A DNA stretch of 64,000 nucleotides. It comes from Neoechinorhynchus agilis (Eukaryota > Animalia > Acanthocephala). Location of the stretch: contig CM121341.1 in assembly GCA_051530055.1 (NCBI GenBank), forward strand, positions 2,842,151 to 2,906,150, written 5' to 3'. The notes under the pieces were generated by a model, which saw only the letters and a program-made list of their open reading frames with translations, made no database searches and was not told where the DNA came from. How positions within the stretch are numbered: position 1 is the stretch's first letter; each line of letters starts with the position of its first letter. Both the position numbers and the translations under genes were made by a program. Positions 48,875 to 60,905 of this stretch are shown here, piece after piece.

Positions 48875-49825
48875 TTAGAAAAAGTAATTTGTGTTCATTG
48901 AGTAAAATAGGAGCGGTCCATGATGCGAGGTTTCGGCCTGGTCGTAATTCAAAGAATCCATCTCGGAGGAAATTTCTGCATAAACAGAATCAGTTGTTGA
49001 ATACTTGAATGTGCTGAATTTGTGGTCGTTTAATATTCCGTTAAAATGATCGAATTCCTTCAATTCATGCGATGGACAGCGAAAGTTTTTCATAAGCGGC
49101 GCAGAGAATCGTCGGTCTCGAGGCTTTGAATGTTTCATTGTTTGTCGCATTTTTTTGAACAGTCTCATGCCAAATATAGCAATGCAGACAATTAGACCTA
49201 CTGACGACACTTTCAATGATGACAGCAAAACAATTCCTAAAATTGTCTGAATCGTTAAATTAGATCGCTGCCTATTTTGCAATGCTTCCCCGGCTAAACG
49301 GATATATTCGTATTTTTGATCCTCCAATTTTTTATTCAGTGCTAAAACTATTGATGGCTCAACTTGAATATAAAGGACTGCAGTGTCTAAAATTCGATCG
49401 TTATTGTATACTTTAAAGACGACGTCTATTCTATGGAGTCCAGGTTTCCTGATTTGTCTTAAGTAGACGCGATTTTCTACGACTTCGAATTCTACATTGC
49501 GACTTTCAACGTTGAAAACAAATTGATTTAACATTCTCTGATCGTTCGTTATGTCATCTACTGTTGATCGTAGCTCAATTAATGGTTGCTCGTAATTTTC
49601 ATTCAGTTTAATTGTAGTTTCATTTATGATTGAAGATATTTTAGCTGGAACCATAAGGCACACATTGCCCATTGGAATCTTAGACGGGAAATTCCGAGGC
49701 TCGACAAGTCGTATTTGTGGAATTAAAAGCTCATTTGACTGTTCGATTAACACATAAAATAAAATGAATGTCAGTCTTAAATTGGAAATTGAAGCTCTGA
49801 AGTTAAGAAGATCCATTTTTATCAA
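48875..49825 (-). CDS. Hypothetical single-pass membrane protein with beta-rich (cadherin/Ig-like?) ectodomain
   Basis: Hydrophobic N-terminus (LTFILFYVLIEQS), beta-strand pattern, TM ILGIVLLSSLKVSSVGLIVCIAIFGM followed by basic stop-transfer RLFKKMR. Confidence 0.5.
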   Translation of the reverse strand: MIKMDLLNFRASISNLRLTFILFYVLIEQSNELLIPQIRLVEPRNFPSKIPMGNVCLMVPAKISSIINETTIKLNENYEQPLIELRSTVDDITNDQRMLNQFVFNVESRNVEFEVVENRVYLRQIRKPGLHRIDVVFKVYNNDRILDTAVLYIQVEPSIVLALNKKLEDQKYEYIRLAGEALQNRQRSNLTIQTILGIVLLSSLKVSSVGLIVCIAIFGMRLFKKMRQTMKHSKPRDRRFSAPLMKNFRCPSHELKEFDHFNGILNDHKFSTFKYSTTDSVYAEISSEMDSLNYDQAETSHHGPLLFYSMNTNYFF

Positions 49826-50007
49826 TGCTTCGAAGAGTTTTAGCAGCCAAGGTAGTAAAGCTGCTGATTTGTTACACTTTTAAGTGTGAAAAGTGGAAAA
49901 TACGTATTCGCGAGACATGAGAACGCCTTCTTTATAATTACAATCTTAAAGGTTAATGCTTGAACAAACATTCTCGATCGGACCCATGTGTCAGTCCAGG
50001 GAATGGT

Positions 50008-50499
50008 GATTTTAGCATTTAATTTTTGGCGCAGCGCTCATCGTTTTTATAAATCTTCGCAAACATTTTAAAAACTTAATTTTCAAGCTTTAAACGCGAT
50101 CAAATATCTAAAAAGTTTCTACAAAGCGAACATTTTCTTTGATTAACCTTTAAGATTCTCGCGAATACGTATTTTCCCATGATTGGAGGAAACCTTATCT
50201 ATAATCGATCCGACTTTTCGAATGTTGTGTTTCTTTGTAGACCAGAAACTTTGATTGCTCTCTTGCTGGTTGAGAGTTTAGACAGTAAGCGACCTCCGAT
50301 GCGATCAAGTTGATTCTCGGTCATTCTCAATGGTTATACAATTTTAATAGACGGAAATCCGTTTTCAAAGAAAATGTTCGCTTTGTAGAAACTTTTTAGA
50401 TATTTGATCGCGTTTAAAGCTTGAAAATTAAGTTTTTAAAATGTTTGCAAAGATTTATAAAAACGATGAGCGCTGCACCAAAAATTAAATGCTGAAATC
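50008..50499. mobile_element. Foldback/MITE-like element with ~135-bp inverted repeats
   Basis: 50008-50142 is the near-perfect reverse complement of 50365-50499; ~220-bp spacer. Confidence 0.8.
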
Positions 50500-50614
50500 G
50501 ATTTTTTTAATGAATTTGGATTTTTTTTAACTGAATTAACGAATAAAAAATCCACCAAAATTCCACATTATATTTCTATTTGTTCCATTAAAAAAATAAT
50601 TACTTGAAATCGCA

Positions 50615-51157
50615 TTGAACGGAAATAATGAGAGTGTTCAAATAACTGGAGCAAAACAGTTTTGTGATTATGTTATGTGTAAGAACAAAATAAAATTCGA
50701 CGGGCAATGCACTAAAAGTCCAGAACCAGTTGATCCATCGAATCATCAATGTTCAAACATTGCATTTCTTCAGACTGGATCTTGTCCGGTTTCATTGGAC
50801 AATACTTCGGTCGATACATTTACACTCAAAGCGTTTTCAGCAATGAAGACCATAACCGGAATGCAGAATCAAGCCATGAACTCGGTCGCTTCAAAGTCAT
50901 TTAATGATCAATGCCTTGAAATTAGCTTTGTAACGCAATTAATTGCTTGTTCGGCTAATAGACGTGATATGATATTGTGTCTCGGTTCAAATAAGATCTT
51001 CAATCAGCGGGTTGTTCGGTTCTATTTCAAGATATCCGGGCTTACCGCTTCTGCTCTACACCAAGTGCTCGTCAATGTAATCGGAAAGCGCCGCGAAAAC
51101 GAACGAAAAGGAGTATTTGATGATATTTGCAGGTCGTTGGGTTATGGACCATTGTGA
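50615..51157 (+). CDS. Hypothetical Cys-containing protein or exon
   Basis: 180-codon open frame with clustered cysteines; no ATG at the ORF start and no recognised motif. Confidence 0.35.
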   Translation: MNGNNESVQITGAKQFCDYVMCKNKIKFDGQCTKSPEPVDPSNHQCSNIAFLQTGSCPVSLDNTSVDTFTLKAFSAMKTITGMQNQAMNSVASKSFNDQCLEISFVTQLIACSANRRDMILCLGSNKIFNQRVVRFYFKISGLTASALHQVLVNVIGKRRENERKGVFDDICRSLGYGPL

Positions 51158-51548
51158 TATCGAAAATTGCAGAGAAGGCAAATGCTCGTGAACTTTGCTT
51201 TTAAAAGACCAATTTACAAGCAATAAAATTTCGGGCTTTGAAAAAGAGTCAAAAATGATGCTGAAACGATGAAGATTGGACAATATTAAAATGAGAAATC
51301 ACGTTACATGATTCTCATTAATAGAGGAAAAGTACCTAACGTTGTTCTTCTATTCGCTGACAAATGGGAATATGCAGATGCTCACATCTAAATTGTAGTT
51401 CAACGTGGCGATTTGCTCGGTCGTCAAAAGGCCGAAAATCCAACATTTCCACACTGTTATTGCTAGGAGACACAAGAACAATTCTCAGTTTGCCTCTTTG
51501 TCCAGGATCCATAAAAGAAGGTCTGATTGTAACATTTAGTTAGATACC

Positions 51549-51587
51549 TGACTGAAGAAGTCCAGTGTGATTGGACGAAATATTTCA
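51549..51587 (+). ncRNA. Minimal type-I hammerhead ribozyme, solo
   Basis: TGA-CTGAAGA-A-GTCCA(gtgtgat)TGGAC-GAAA-TA-TT-TCA; palindromic AATATT stem III; 3-bp stem I. Confidence 0.7.
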
Positions 51588-51886
51588 ATTAAAGTGATTC
51601 TTGGATATATAGTCTTGCCCCACCACCACATATTTCATTTTTATGGCGAGGTTTTTTTGAAAGGTTTAAATAAACTAGTCTACGATCGTGGGGTTACAAA
51701 AGATATCCGAAGTAAGGCTTTTCATCTTTCGGTGAAAAGAAAACCTAGAGTTGACATTGTGTCTTAGGGAAATTCTTTAAGAAAAGTCTTTGGTGTTGGA
51801 TGCCTCGAGCAACGGAAAACGTCATTCCGCCCAACGAGGTGAGTACATAAAGGACAAGAGCTTTAAAAGTTTGACAAAAATTTTAA

Positions 51887-54800
51887 ATGTGTACCTTGAC
51901 TCGAGGCGTCTTTATACTCTTCTTCTCACAAAGCCTGTCCGCGAGCATTGGCAAGTATGATGATGGAAGTCTTGACCACAATGGTGAAATTAGTTCAAAT
52001 GATTTACAATACGATCAAAATGTAATCACAGGTGGCATCGAACTCGAAAGTAGTATACTAAATGGTAATAAATCCGCGAAAATATTGAAGCGTACTAAAA
52101 ACAGTAGTTCAAGTGTCGGACCAATTAACGAGCGAGAATTCGTCTCTAATGAAGAGGCAGGTGAGAGCAGCCAATCACGAAGTAATGAAGAATACCAAAA
52201 TGATTACGAAAGCAACATTTATTCAGCAGAAATAAATGATGAAGAGCAAACATCTTCAACTCAATTTGACGACATTAACACTACGACCGATTTATACGAG
52301 CAGACATCATCTGAGAAATTAAATAAATTTGCCTATCAATACGACGGCTTTTCTAACAATGAAGCGGGAAACTTTAATTCAATGAGTGAATCGTACGCCG
52401 GAGATCAAGATTTAAATACAGGAAATATCGAAAATGATATTTATTCAGCAGAAATAAATGATGAAGAGCAAAAATCTTCAACTCAATTTGACGACATTAA
52501 CACTACGACCGATTTATACGAGCAGACATCATCTGAGAAATTAAATAAATTTGCCTATCAATACGACGGCGTTTCTAACAGTGAAGCGGGAAACTTTAAT
52601 TCAATGAGTGAATCGTACGCCGGAGATCAAGATTTAAATACAGGAAATATGGAAAATGATATTTATTCAGCAGAAATAAATGATGAAGAGCAAAAATCTT
52701 CAACTCAATTTGACGACATTAACACTACGACCGATTTATACGAGCAGACATCATCTGAGAAATTAAATAAATTTGCCTATCAATACGACGGCGTTTCTAA
52801 CAGTGAAGCGGGAAACTTTAATTCAATGAGTGAATCGTACGCCGGAGATCAAGATTTAAATACAGGAAATATGGAAAATGATATTTATTCAGCAGAAATA
52901 AATGATGAAGAGCAAAAATCTTCAACTCAATTTGACGACATTAACACTACGACCGATTTATACGAGCAGACATCATCTGAGAAATTAAATAAATTTGCCT
53001 ATCAATACGACGGCTTTTCTAACAATGAAGCGGGAAACTTTAATTCAATGAGTGAATCGTACGCCGGAGATCAAGATTTAAATACAGGAAATATCGAAAA
53101 TGATATTTATTCAGCAGAAATAAATGATGAAGAGCAAAAATCTTCAACTCAATTTGACGACATTAACACTACGACCGATTTATACGAGAGACATCATCTG
53201 AGAAATTAATAAATTTGCCTATCAATACGACGGCTTTCTAACATGAAGCGGGAAACTTTAATTCAATGAGTGAATCGTACGCCGGAGATCAAGATTTAAG
53301 TACAGGAAATATCGAAAATGATATTTATTCAGCAGAAATAAATGATGAAGAGCAAAAATCTTCAACTCAATTTGACGACATTAACACTACGACCGATTTA
53401 TACGAGCAGACATCATCTGAGAAATTAGATAAATTTGCCTATCAATACGACGGCTTTTCTAACAGTGAAGCGGGAAACTTTAATTCAATGAGTGAATCGT
53501 ACGCCGGAGATCAAGATTTAAATACAGGAAATATGGAAAATGATATTTATTCAGCAGAAATAAATGATGAAGAGCAAAAATCTTCAACTCAATTTGACGA
53601 CATTAACATTACGACCGAAATATGAAAATGATATTTATTCACAGAAATAAATGATGAAGAGCAAAAATCTTCAACTCAATTTACGACATTAACATACGAC
53701 CGATTTATACGAGCAGACATCATCTGAGAAATTAAATAAATTTGCCTATCAATACGACGGCTTTTCTAACAATGAAGCGGGAAACTTTAATTCAATGAGT
53801 GAATCGTACGCCGGAGATCAAGATTTAAATACAGGAAATATCGAAAATGATATTTATTCAGCAGAAATAAATGATGAAGACAAAATCTTCAACTCAATTT
53901 GACGACATTAACACTACGACCGATTTATACGAGCAGACATCATCTGAGAAATTAGATAAATTTGCCTATCAATACGACGGCGTTTCTAACAGTGAAGCGG
54001 GAAACTTTAATTCAATGAGTGAATCGTACGCCGGAGATCAAGATTTAAATACTAGAAATATGGAAAATGATATTTATTCAGTGATGAAAGAAAATCTTCA
54101 ACTCAATTTGAAATATCGAAAATGATATTTATTCACAGAAATAAATGATGAAAAGCAAAAATCTTCAACTCAATTTGACGACATTAACACTACGACCGAT
54201 TTATACGAGCAGACATCATCTGAGAAATTAAATAAATTTGCCTATCAATACGACGGCGTTTCTAACAATGAAGCGGGAAACTTTAATTCAATGAGTGAAT
54301 CGTACGCCGGAGATCAAGATTTAAATACAGGAAATATCGAAAATGATATTTATTCAGCAGAAATAAATGATGAAGAGCAAAAATCTTCAACTCAATTTGA
54401 CGACATTAACACTACGACCGATTTATACGAGCAGACATCATCTGAGAAATTAAATAAATTTGCCTATCAATACGACGGCGTTTCTAACAGTGAAGCGGGA
54501 AACTTTAATTCAATGAGTGAATCGTACGCCGGAGATCAAGATTTAAATACAGGAAATATGGAAAATGATATTTATTCAGCAGAAATAAATGATGAAAGAA
54601 AATCTTAACTCAAACAAAAAAAACAGAAATAAATGATGAAGAGCAAAAATCTTCAACTCAATTTGACGACATTAACACTACGACCGATTTATACGAGCAG
54701 ACATCATCTGAGAAATTAAATAAATTTGCCTATCAATACGACGGCGTTTCTAACAGTGAAGCGGGAAACTTTAATTCAATGGGTGAATCGTACGGCGGAG

Positions 54801-55217
54801 ATCAAGATTTAAATACAAGAAATATGGAAAATGATATTTATTCAGCAGAAATAAATGATGAAAAGACAAAAATCTTCAACTCAATTTGACGACATTAACA
54901 CTACGACCGATTTATACGAGCAGACATCATCTGAGAAATTAAATAAATTTGCCTATCAATACGACGGCGTTTCTAATAGTGAAGCGGGAAACTTTAATTC
55001 AATGAGTGAATCGTACGCCGGAGATCAAGATTTAAATACTAGAAATATCGAAAATGATATTTATTCAGCGGAAATAAATGATGAAGAGCAAAAATCTTCA
55101 ACTCAATTTTACGACATTAACATTACGACCGATTTATACGGCGAATCGTCCGCCGGAGATCAAGATTTAACTACTAGAAATATCGAAAATGATATTTATT
55201 CAAATAAATTAAATTAA
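51887..55217 (+). CDS. Putative secreted acidic protein with ~13 x 74-aa (222-bp) tandem repeats; frameshifted after ~53190
   Basis: Weak signal-like GVFILFFSQSLSAS; unit NDIYSAEINDEEQKSSTQFDDINTTTDLYEQTSSEKLNKFAYQYDGVSNSEAGNFNSMSESYAGDQDLNTGNME; anchors 52441, 52663 and 52885 are 222 bp apart. Confidence 0.7.
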
Positions 55218-55299
55218 ATCAACTTTTATTATTTTTGAGAAACAATTTTTTATAATAGTTTCAAATGATAACTCTATAAGTATTGTTGTTTTCGCGACG

Positions 55300-57420
55300 C
55301 TTCTCACCCAGGCATTTATTTGATCGAATTTTCGAGACTCGTCGGTCTCCTCTTCGGGTGTTGTAAACATCTAAAACACAAACAAGCGCTCGCTCATCAT
55401 CAATTTCCGTTTTGACTCAGGACCCCGGGTCCGTCATGCCCGTTAGCAGAGGCGCAATTTTCCGTACTGCTACCCTGGGGGGAACGTAGGTCGTGAGCGG
55501 ATATCTGTGGTTGATAACTTCAGGTTCACATTCCCGCTCTTTGGACTCCATTATGAGCCTTCGTTGTAGGTGATCCTAACTCACCAACATTGCTGCATTT
55601 TCACATCCGATAGAGTGCGAGTTTTCGGGTTAACATGTTTCCTCTGTCGGAGGTAATATGACTTGGTACACCGAACCGAGCGACCCAGGTGCCGAGGAAA
55701 GCCTTTACGCAGGTCTCCGCAGTGATGTCGCTCGCCGTTACGGCCTCGGGCCACCGCGTGTGTCGGTGGACCATGGTTAGCAGGTATTTGAATCCGTTGG
55801 GGGGTGGAAGGGGTCCAACCAAGTCTACGTGAACTTGGGCGAAGCGGGTGGCCGGCAGCCAGAATGCAAAGAGGTCGCTCTTGACATGTCTGTGGACTTT
55901 GGACCGCTGGCAGGGGACGCAGGCCCTCGACCATGGGCGGACGTTCTTTGCCAGGCTGTGCCACACAAACTGTTGGCCCCGGGGTGCGCAGTGTCGTGGA
56001 TGAGGTGGAAGATCCGGCTGCGTCAGGCAAGCGGAAGCCACGGCCTGGGTGGTCCGTGGAGACGTCGCAGAGCAAGGCCGGTCCTGCCTGGGAGATATCC
56101 TTATTTTCAGCTGCTGTACTATCCTTTCCCTGATCCATGCAAATCGAGTAGATGAGATACGAGAAGCTCTTCGGGAGTACGAAGTGACAGCCGAGATTAC
56201 ATGCCTCATCGGTCGCCGTACAGACTGTCTGGCAGGTAATGTACTCGTCGTCGGCCTCCTGGTCCGCGGCAAACCGTTCGTAGTCGATTCCCAGGGAGAC
56301 GCCGGACACCACTGGAGGACCCGGCTACGTGGCGGATGTTAGAGGTGTACTCCGCAATGAATGCAAAGTGCCGCTGTTGACGGGCTGAGGTCGGAGTGGA
56401 CTTCTTGGTCAGGCTGAACGTGAGTGACTTGTAGTCGGTGAAGATCGTGAACTCGCGTCCCTCGACCTGGGGGAGAGTGTTTGGCCGCGAGGAACATAGC
56501 CAAGAGCTCCTTGTCAAAAGTGCTGTATCGCGTCTCGGCATCGTGAAGCTTCCTGCTGAAGAAAGAGAGGGGCTGCCAGGTGCCGCCTTGGGTCCGTTGC
56601 TGGAGGGCTGCGCCGACTGCCAGGTCCGAGGTATCGGTGACGATGGCGAGCGCTGCTTCTGTGTTGGGGTGAGCACGGAGGGGCGCTTGTGCCAGTAGCT
56701 CCTTGGTGTCCTGGAAGGCCTGCGACGACTCTGGGTACCACGGGACTGTGTTGTTCTTGGCCTTGGAGCCGACGTGCAGAACTCGGTGCAGTTGACCATC
56801 ACCAGGAATCTTTGTTGCTCTATCATCGTTGAAGGCTTGGGCAACTCGCGAATGCTCTTCACCTTGTCGGGTAGGGGAGCGATGGCGGCGCCCGAGACCG
56901 TGTGGCAAAGGAAATCGACGGCGCTGAGTCCGAACCTGCATTTCTCCGCGTTGATGACGAGGCCGAACTCCTGTAGTCGTTTGAGGAGTACCTCCAGGTG
57001 TCTGAGGTGTTCCGCCCAGTTGCGGGAAGCAACGAGGACGTCGTCGATGTAGACGAAAATGTACGGTAGGTCGCCTAGGACGGAGTCCATGAACCTCTGG
57101 AAAATCTGGGCGCTGTTGCGTAGACCGAATGGCATCCGAGTGTACTCCCAAAGGCCGAATGGGGTGATGATCGCCGTCCTTGGAATGTTCTCCGGGGCCA
57201 CTGGCATCTGGTGATAGCCCTTAACCAAGTCGATCTTTGAAAACGCCGAGCATCCGTGCAGATTGGCGACAAAATCGTTGACGTGCGACAGAGGATACCT
57301 GTCTGGCTCCGTTGCATCGTTCACTTGTCTGTAGTCGCCGCAAGGACGCTTGGTTCCGTCAGCCTTGTCGACTGTGTGAAGGGGACTCGACCACTCACAG
57401 CCTACGGCGCCCCTTCACCC
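55300..57420 (-). mobile_element. Ty3/Gypsy LTR retrotransposon pol fragment (RT, RNase H, integrase), frameshifted
   Basis: DRYPL, FSKIDLVKGYHQ, PFGLWEYTRMPFGLRNS, VYIDDVLVAS; TDTSDLAVGAAL, YSTFDKELLA; CVPCQRSK, VHVDLVGPLP, RFGVPSHITSDRG; markedly GC-rich. Confidence 0.93.
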
Positions 57421-57810
57421 CTGATTTATAATCGGAATATTATCTAGCCCCAACGCAGAGTGCAACAGAATGACCCCCCTCGGCCCGATAGGCTTCTCCA
57501 TTGCTATCAATCCATTGGTGAGATCACTAAAATTGAACTTCAACGCGTGGTACCTGGACGACGGCACCCTGGGAGGCAACCCTTTATCTGTTCTGGATGA
57601 TCTTAACCGCATCGCCGAGATCAGCTCCAAGATAGGCCTCGAGTTTAAGAGCTCAAAGTGTGAATTGCTACTCCAGAATATGGACGAAACAGAAAGCTCG
57701 CAGGTACACGAGCAATTCAAAAGTGTCGCTCCAGGCATCAAACGAATCAATATTTGCGACTTCAGTCTCCTGGGTTTCGGCCCGGTAATGAACAGAGTGC
57801 TAACGATTTC
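57415..57810 (+). mobile_element. CRE-like RT fragment (motif B' onward)
   Basis: PLIYN..VQQNDPLGPIGFSIAINP, NAWYLDDGTLGG, IGLEFKSSKCEL, SLLG. Confidence 0.85.
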
Positions 57811-57834
57811 ATGGAGCATCTCAACCTTTAACAT

Positions 57835-58815
57835 TATCGAATCAAATTCACCATGAATAGATGCGATAAAATTGGAAGGTTGCCGTTTCTAGATGTGTTG
57901 ATTCAGAAAAAATGGAACACGAATTACTACCTCCGTCTACAGAAAGCCAACTGGAACAAATAATTGTATAATTTGGAACAGTGCCCATAATAAGAGCACA
58001 AAAGTTGGTACATTCCGAGGCTTTCTGCGCCTCGGAGATGAGATCCACAATTTTCAGCAAGTTTGGGTACCCCAAAGATGTTCTTACTTCAGCGCGAGAG
58101 CAAGTGGACCGAACGACGAACAATCAGTCAAACGAAACATTCATAGGACCGAATCGAATGGACCTGTGCATTGGAGTCCCGGAGATGGACCCACAAACCA
58201 ACTCTTGGCGTAACAGAATCTCTATGATGATTAAGAACAGCGGTCTGCCGATAAAACGCCAATTTTATTTTCAACCTTCAGTGCTGATAGGAAACCTAAT
58301 TTTCCGGAAACTCACCAGAAGGTGGAAAAGAGGGCTGCTGTCTACAAAGTTTCTTATGGCCGATGCACTAGCAATTACATTGGACAAACAAGCAGGAATC
58401 CTAAAAAGAGATTGGCAGAACATAAACGGTCCAAGACTCAGAAGGTGGTATCGTCGAATACAAACTGACCAGTGGCCAATTATGACCAGACAATGTTTTT
58501 AGCAAGTGACCATAATAACTTTCGACGCTTAATTGAGGAAGCCTTCTTAATCAAAGAACAAAAACCGGACATGAATGACTAACGAGATTACAAACTCTTT
58601 CTTCATAGCTAACAAAAAAGGGAGCGAACAAAATCTGCCTTAACCGAGTGTGTGAGAGAAATAATTACTTAACCACTTGTATTTTAGAACTGATGATGAA
58701 CCCGACGAGGTTCGCAGAACGTCTTTAATCGAAATAATCACTTACCGCGGGTGTGGACTACTAAACAATAATTCCAATCACATTCCCCGGTACCTCACAT
58801 ATCGACATTAACATA
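57835..58815 (+). mobile_element. Second 5'-truncated Penelope-like element (RT thumb, GIY-YIG, pLTR), frameshifted
   Basis: GRLPFLDVLI, FGYP, AVYKVSYGRCTSNYIGQTSRNPKKRLAEHKR (shifted frame near 58334), IEEAFLIKEQKPDMND* (stop 58580-58582). Confidence 0.85.
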
Positions 58816-59727
58816 TCCATTGTGTAATTGTCTCAGTTTTGTATTGCAGAGATTTACTTAGAAATCAAGGATCCGCCAATATGTAGTAATTTTAAGAACT
58901 GAAGCTACCGATTTCTGCTCAAAAATGAATAAAAAGCAGAGTTCTTAAAGTAAAAAACTTTGTTTCTCAAAATACATAAAAAGCAGAGTTCTTAGACTAA
59001 AAAAACTTTGTTTCTCAAAATACATGCTTTTGCAAAATTTTTATGAAAATCGTAGGACTAGAGACCAAAGACCTTAACTTGATACAATTAAATCATACGA
59101 AAACGAAGCGACGCAAAGACTTTGGAGAAAGGCATTAAAGATTTTGTCGAATTAGTCTTAAGCCAATCAGTTAGAAATTTCTCCTAATTCGTTGGAATCC
59201 AATTAGAAAAATGCGCCACGCGGTAGCGCAACAAACGCAATTCGTATCATGCAGAGGCACTAATGTTTGTTGTGAAAGTGTTTGAAGATTGAAAAGGAAT
59301 TTATTCAATCCGATTGACTTCGGAGGCACAATCTTGTACGCTTCTACATCAAGATTCCTTGTAAGTATGAAGAAAAAATAAAATGTAGCTTTTCCCTAAT
59401 GAAAGTTCGTCCTTGATAAAGGCACAGATCCGTTCCTATTTTATAAACGAACTTGAATTTATACATAAAAATGATCGAGCTGTATTTCCCAAACGAATTT
59501 TTTTATCGGTGTCATGATTATTAAAATGTGAAAGGAAAAGATGGTCTCATTTCTTGAAAATCAAGAAATATAGCACAGGCGAAATACGTTTTGAAAATCT
59601 TAAATTCGAAATTTCGACGTAAAAGATTGTGCTCCCCTACCGAAACATTATAGTTTTAATAAAATTCCTAAAATTTTCCGTCCTGTATTTAGAATTCATC
59701 AGTTATAAAATACAAGTGGATGAATGT

Positions 59728-59842
59728 CCCCGGCGAGGTTCGCAGAACGTCTTTAATCGAAATCATCATTTACCGCGGGTGTGGACTTCTAAACAATAAT
59801 TCCAATCACATTATTTGCCACATAACATATCGACATTAACAT
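59728..59842 (+). repeat. Second copy of the PLE2 pLTR segment (58700-58815)
   Basis: cgaggttcgcagaacgtctttaatcgaaat...ccaatcacatt...catatcgacattaacat repeated 1028 bp downstream. Confidence 0.85.
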
Positions 59843-59935
59843 TTTCTTTTGTTTAATATTATACAAAGTCCTTGGATTTTCAAAATTGTAGTACCTTCTG
59901 GGGTTTGCAGATTAAAACTTTTATTTGTCGAACAG

Positions 59936-60099
59936 CAAACCCTTCCCCACCACGAATGATAACCACCCACACGAACACTCACATCAATGTTACCACGCAA
60001 CTGCGAGCAACTGTTCACAGTTTCGTCACTGCAAAAATGAAGTGACATTGATGTGAGTGTTCGTGTGGGTGGTCATTATTTGTGTTGGGGAAGGGTTTG
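59936..60099. repeat. Long hairpin: ~58-bp inverted arms, ~48-nt loop
   Basis: caaacccttcccca..cacccacacgaacactcacatcaatgt (59936-59993) pairs with acattgatgtgagtgttcgtgtgggtg..tggggaagggtttg (60042-60099). Confidence 0.85.
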
Positions 60100-60905
60100 T
60101 TCCGCATAAAATGTTTGCGTCTTGTGAAATTATTTAAAAGATCAATGATTTCCTGAAACTTGCAGACAAATTCTTGAGGAGTTGGTTGGTAGCTAAGTTG
60201 CTCGTTCTACGTAAACCAGGATTCTTTGCTTTCATGAAATGGCCCAAAGCGCTCATTCTTCGTCTTACTGTCCGACGTGAGCAACCGTTCCGGTAGTTTC
60301 GTCAATATCTCTTCGTCGTCACTTGTGGTAATCGGCATTTATTCGATCAAAACCCAAAATCACTTATGCTCACAATATTGTTTTATAAGCAAACTTTGTA
60401 GCGATCGATTTGTAGCTTCATCGCAGATATAAGAATAAATATCGAGAGATCGATTAGTTCAATAAACCAAAATTTGTCCTTCGTGTTTTGTTAGAGAATG
60501 CGGATTGCATGTATTTTGTGGAAGATGTTATGGTGAGCATAGAAATGGATTTCAAAGGGCGTGTCAAAACTGTCAAGAAATGCGAAGTGATTATTTCGGG
60601 GAAAATGGCTTTTCATCGATAGCAAACCAAAAGTAGCGTCAGCTTTTGGGATTGGTAAGACAAGAGTAGGAGTGATGATGGCTGATAAGTTTAAGAGTGC
60701 ATGGAATCGATGTTTTTTAAAAACCTTGAACTAAAACGAAAATAATTACACTATTTTTCGATTAAATGGTCACATTATGATTTCATTAAATTGGCCAATG
60801 ATCGAAATGGCAATAAAAGTTTCAAAAAAGAGAAAGTGGATAAAACTGTGCAACCCTTTTATGAACAAAAACTTCTTTGTACGATAATTCGATCGAAATG
60901 TTTGT

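Noticed and set aside
55829-57447. Plus-strand ORFs over the Gypsy element; similar antisense ORFs over PLE, sHSP, XPF and WDR74
   Set aside because: Shadow frames of GC-richer coding sequence with no independent motifs.
58925-59030. 47-bp tandem duplication, and short local duplications at 32440/32635 and 35680/35865
   Set aside because: Ordinary small slippage duplications with no further structure.
59660-59706. Minus-strand CTGATGA...GAAA hammerhead
   Set aside because: Stem II is weak with extra unpaired bases and there is no convincing stem I.
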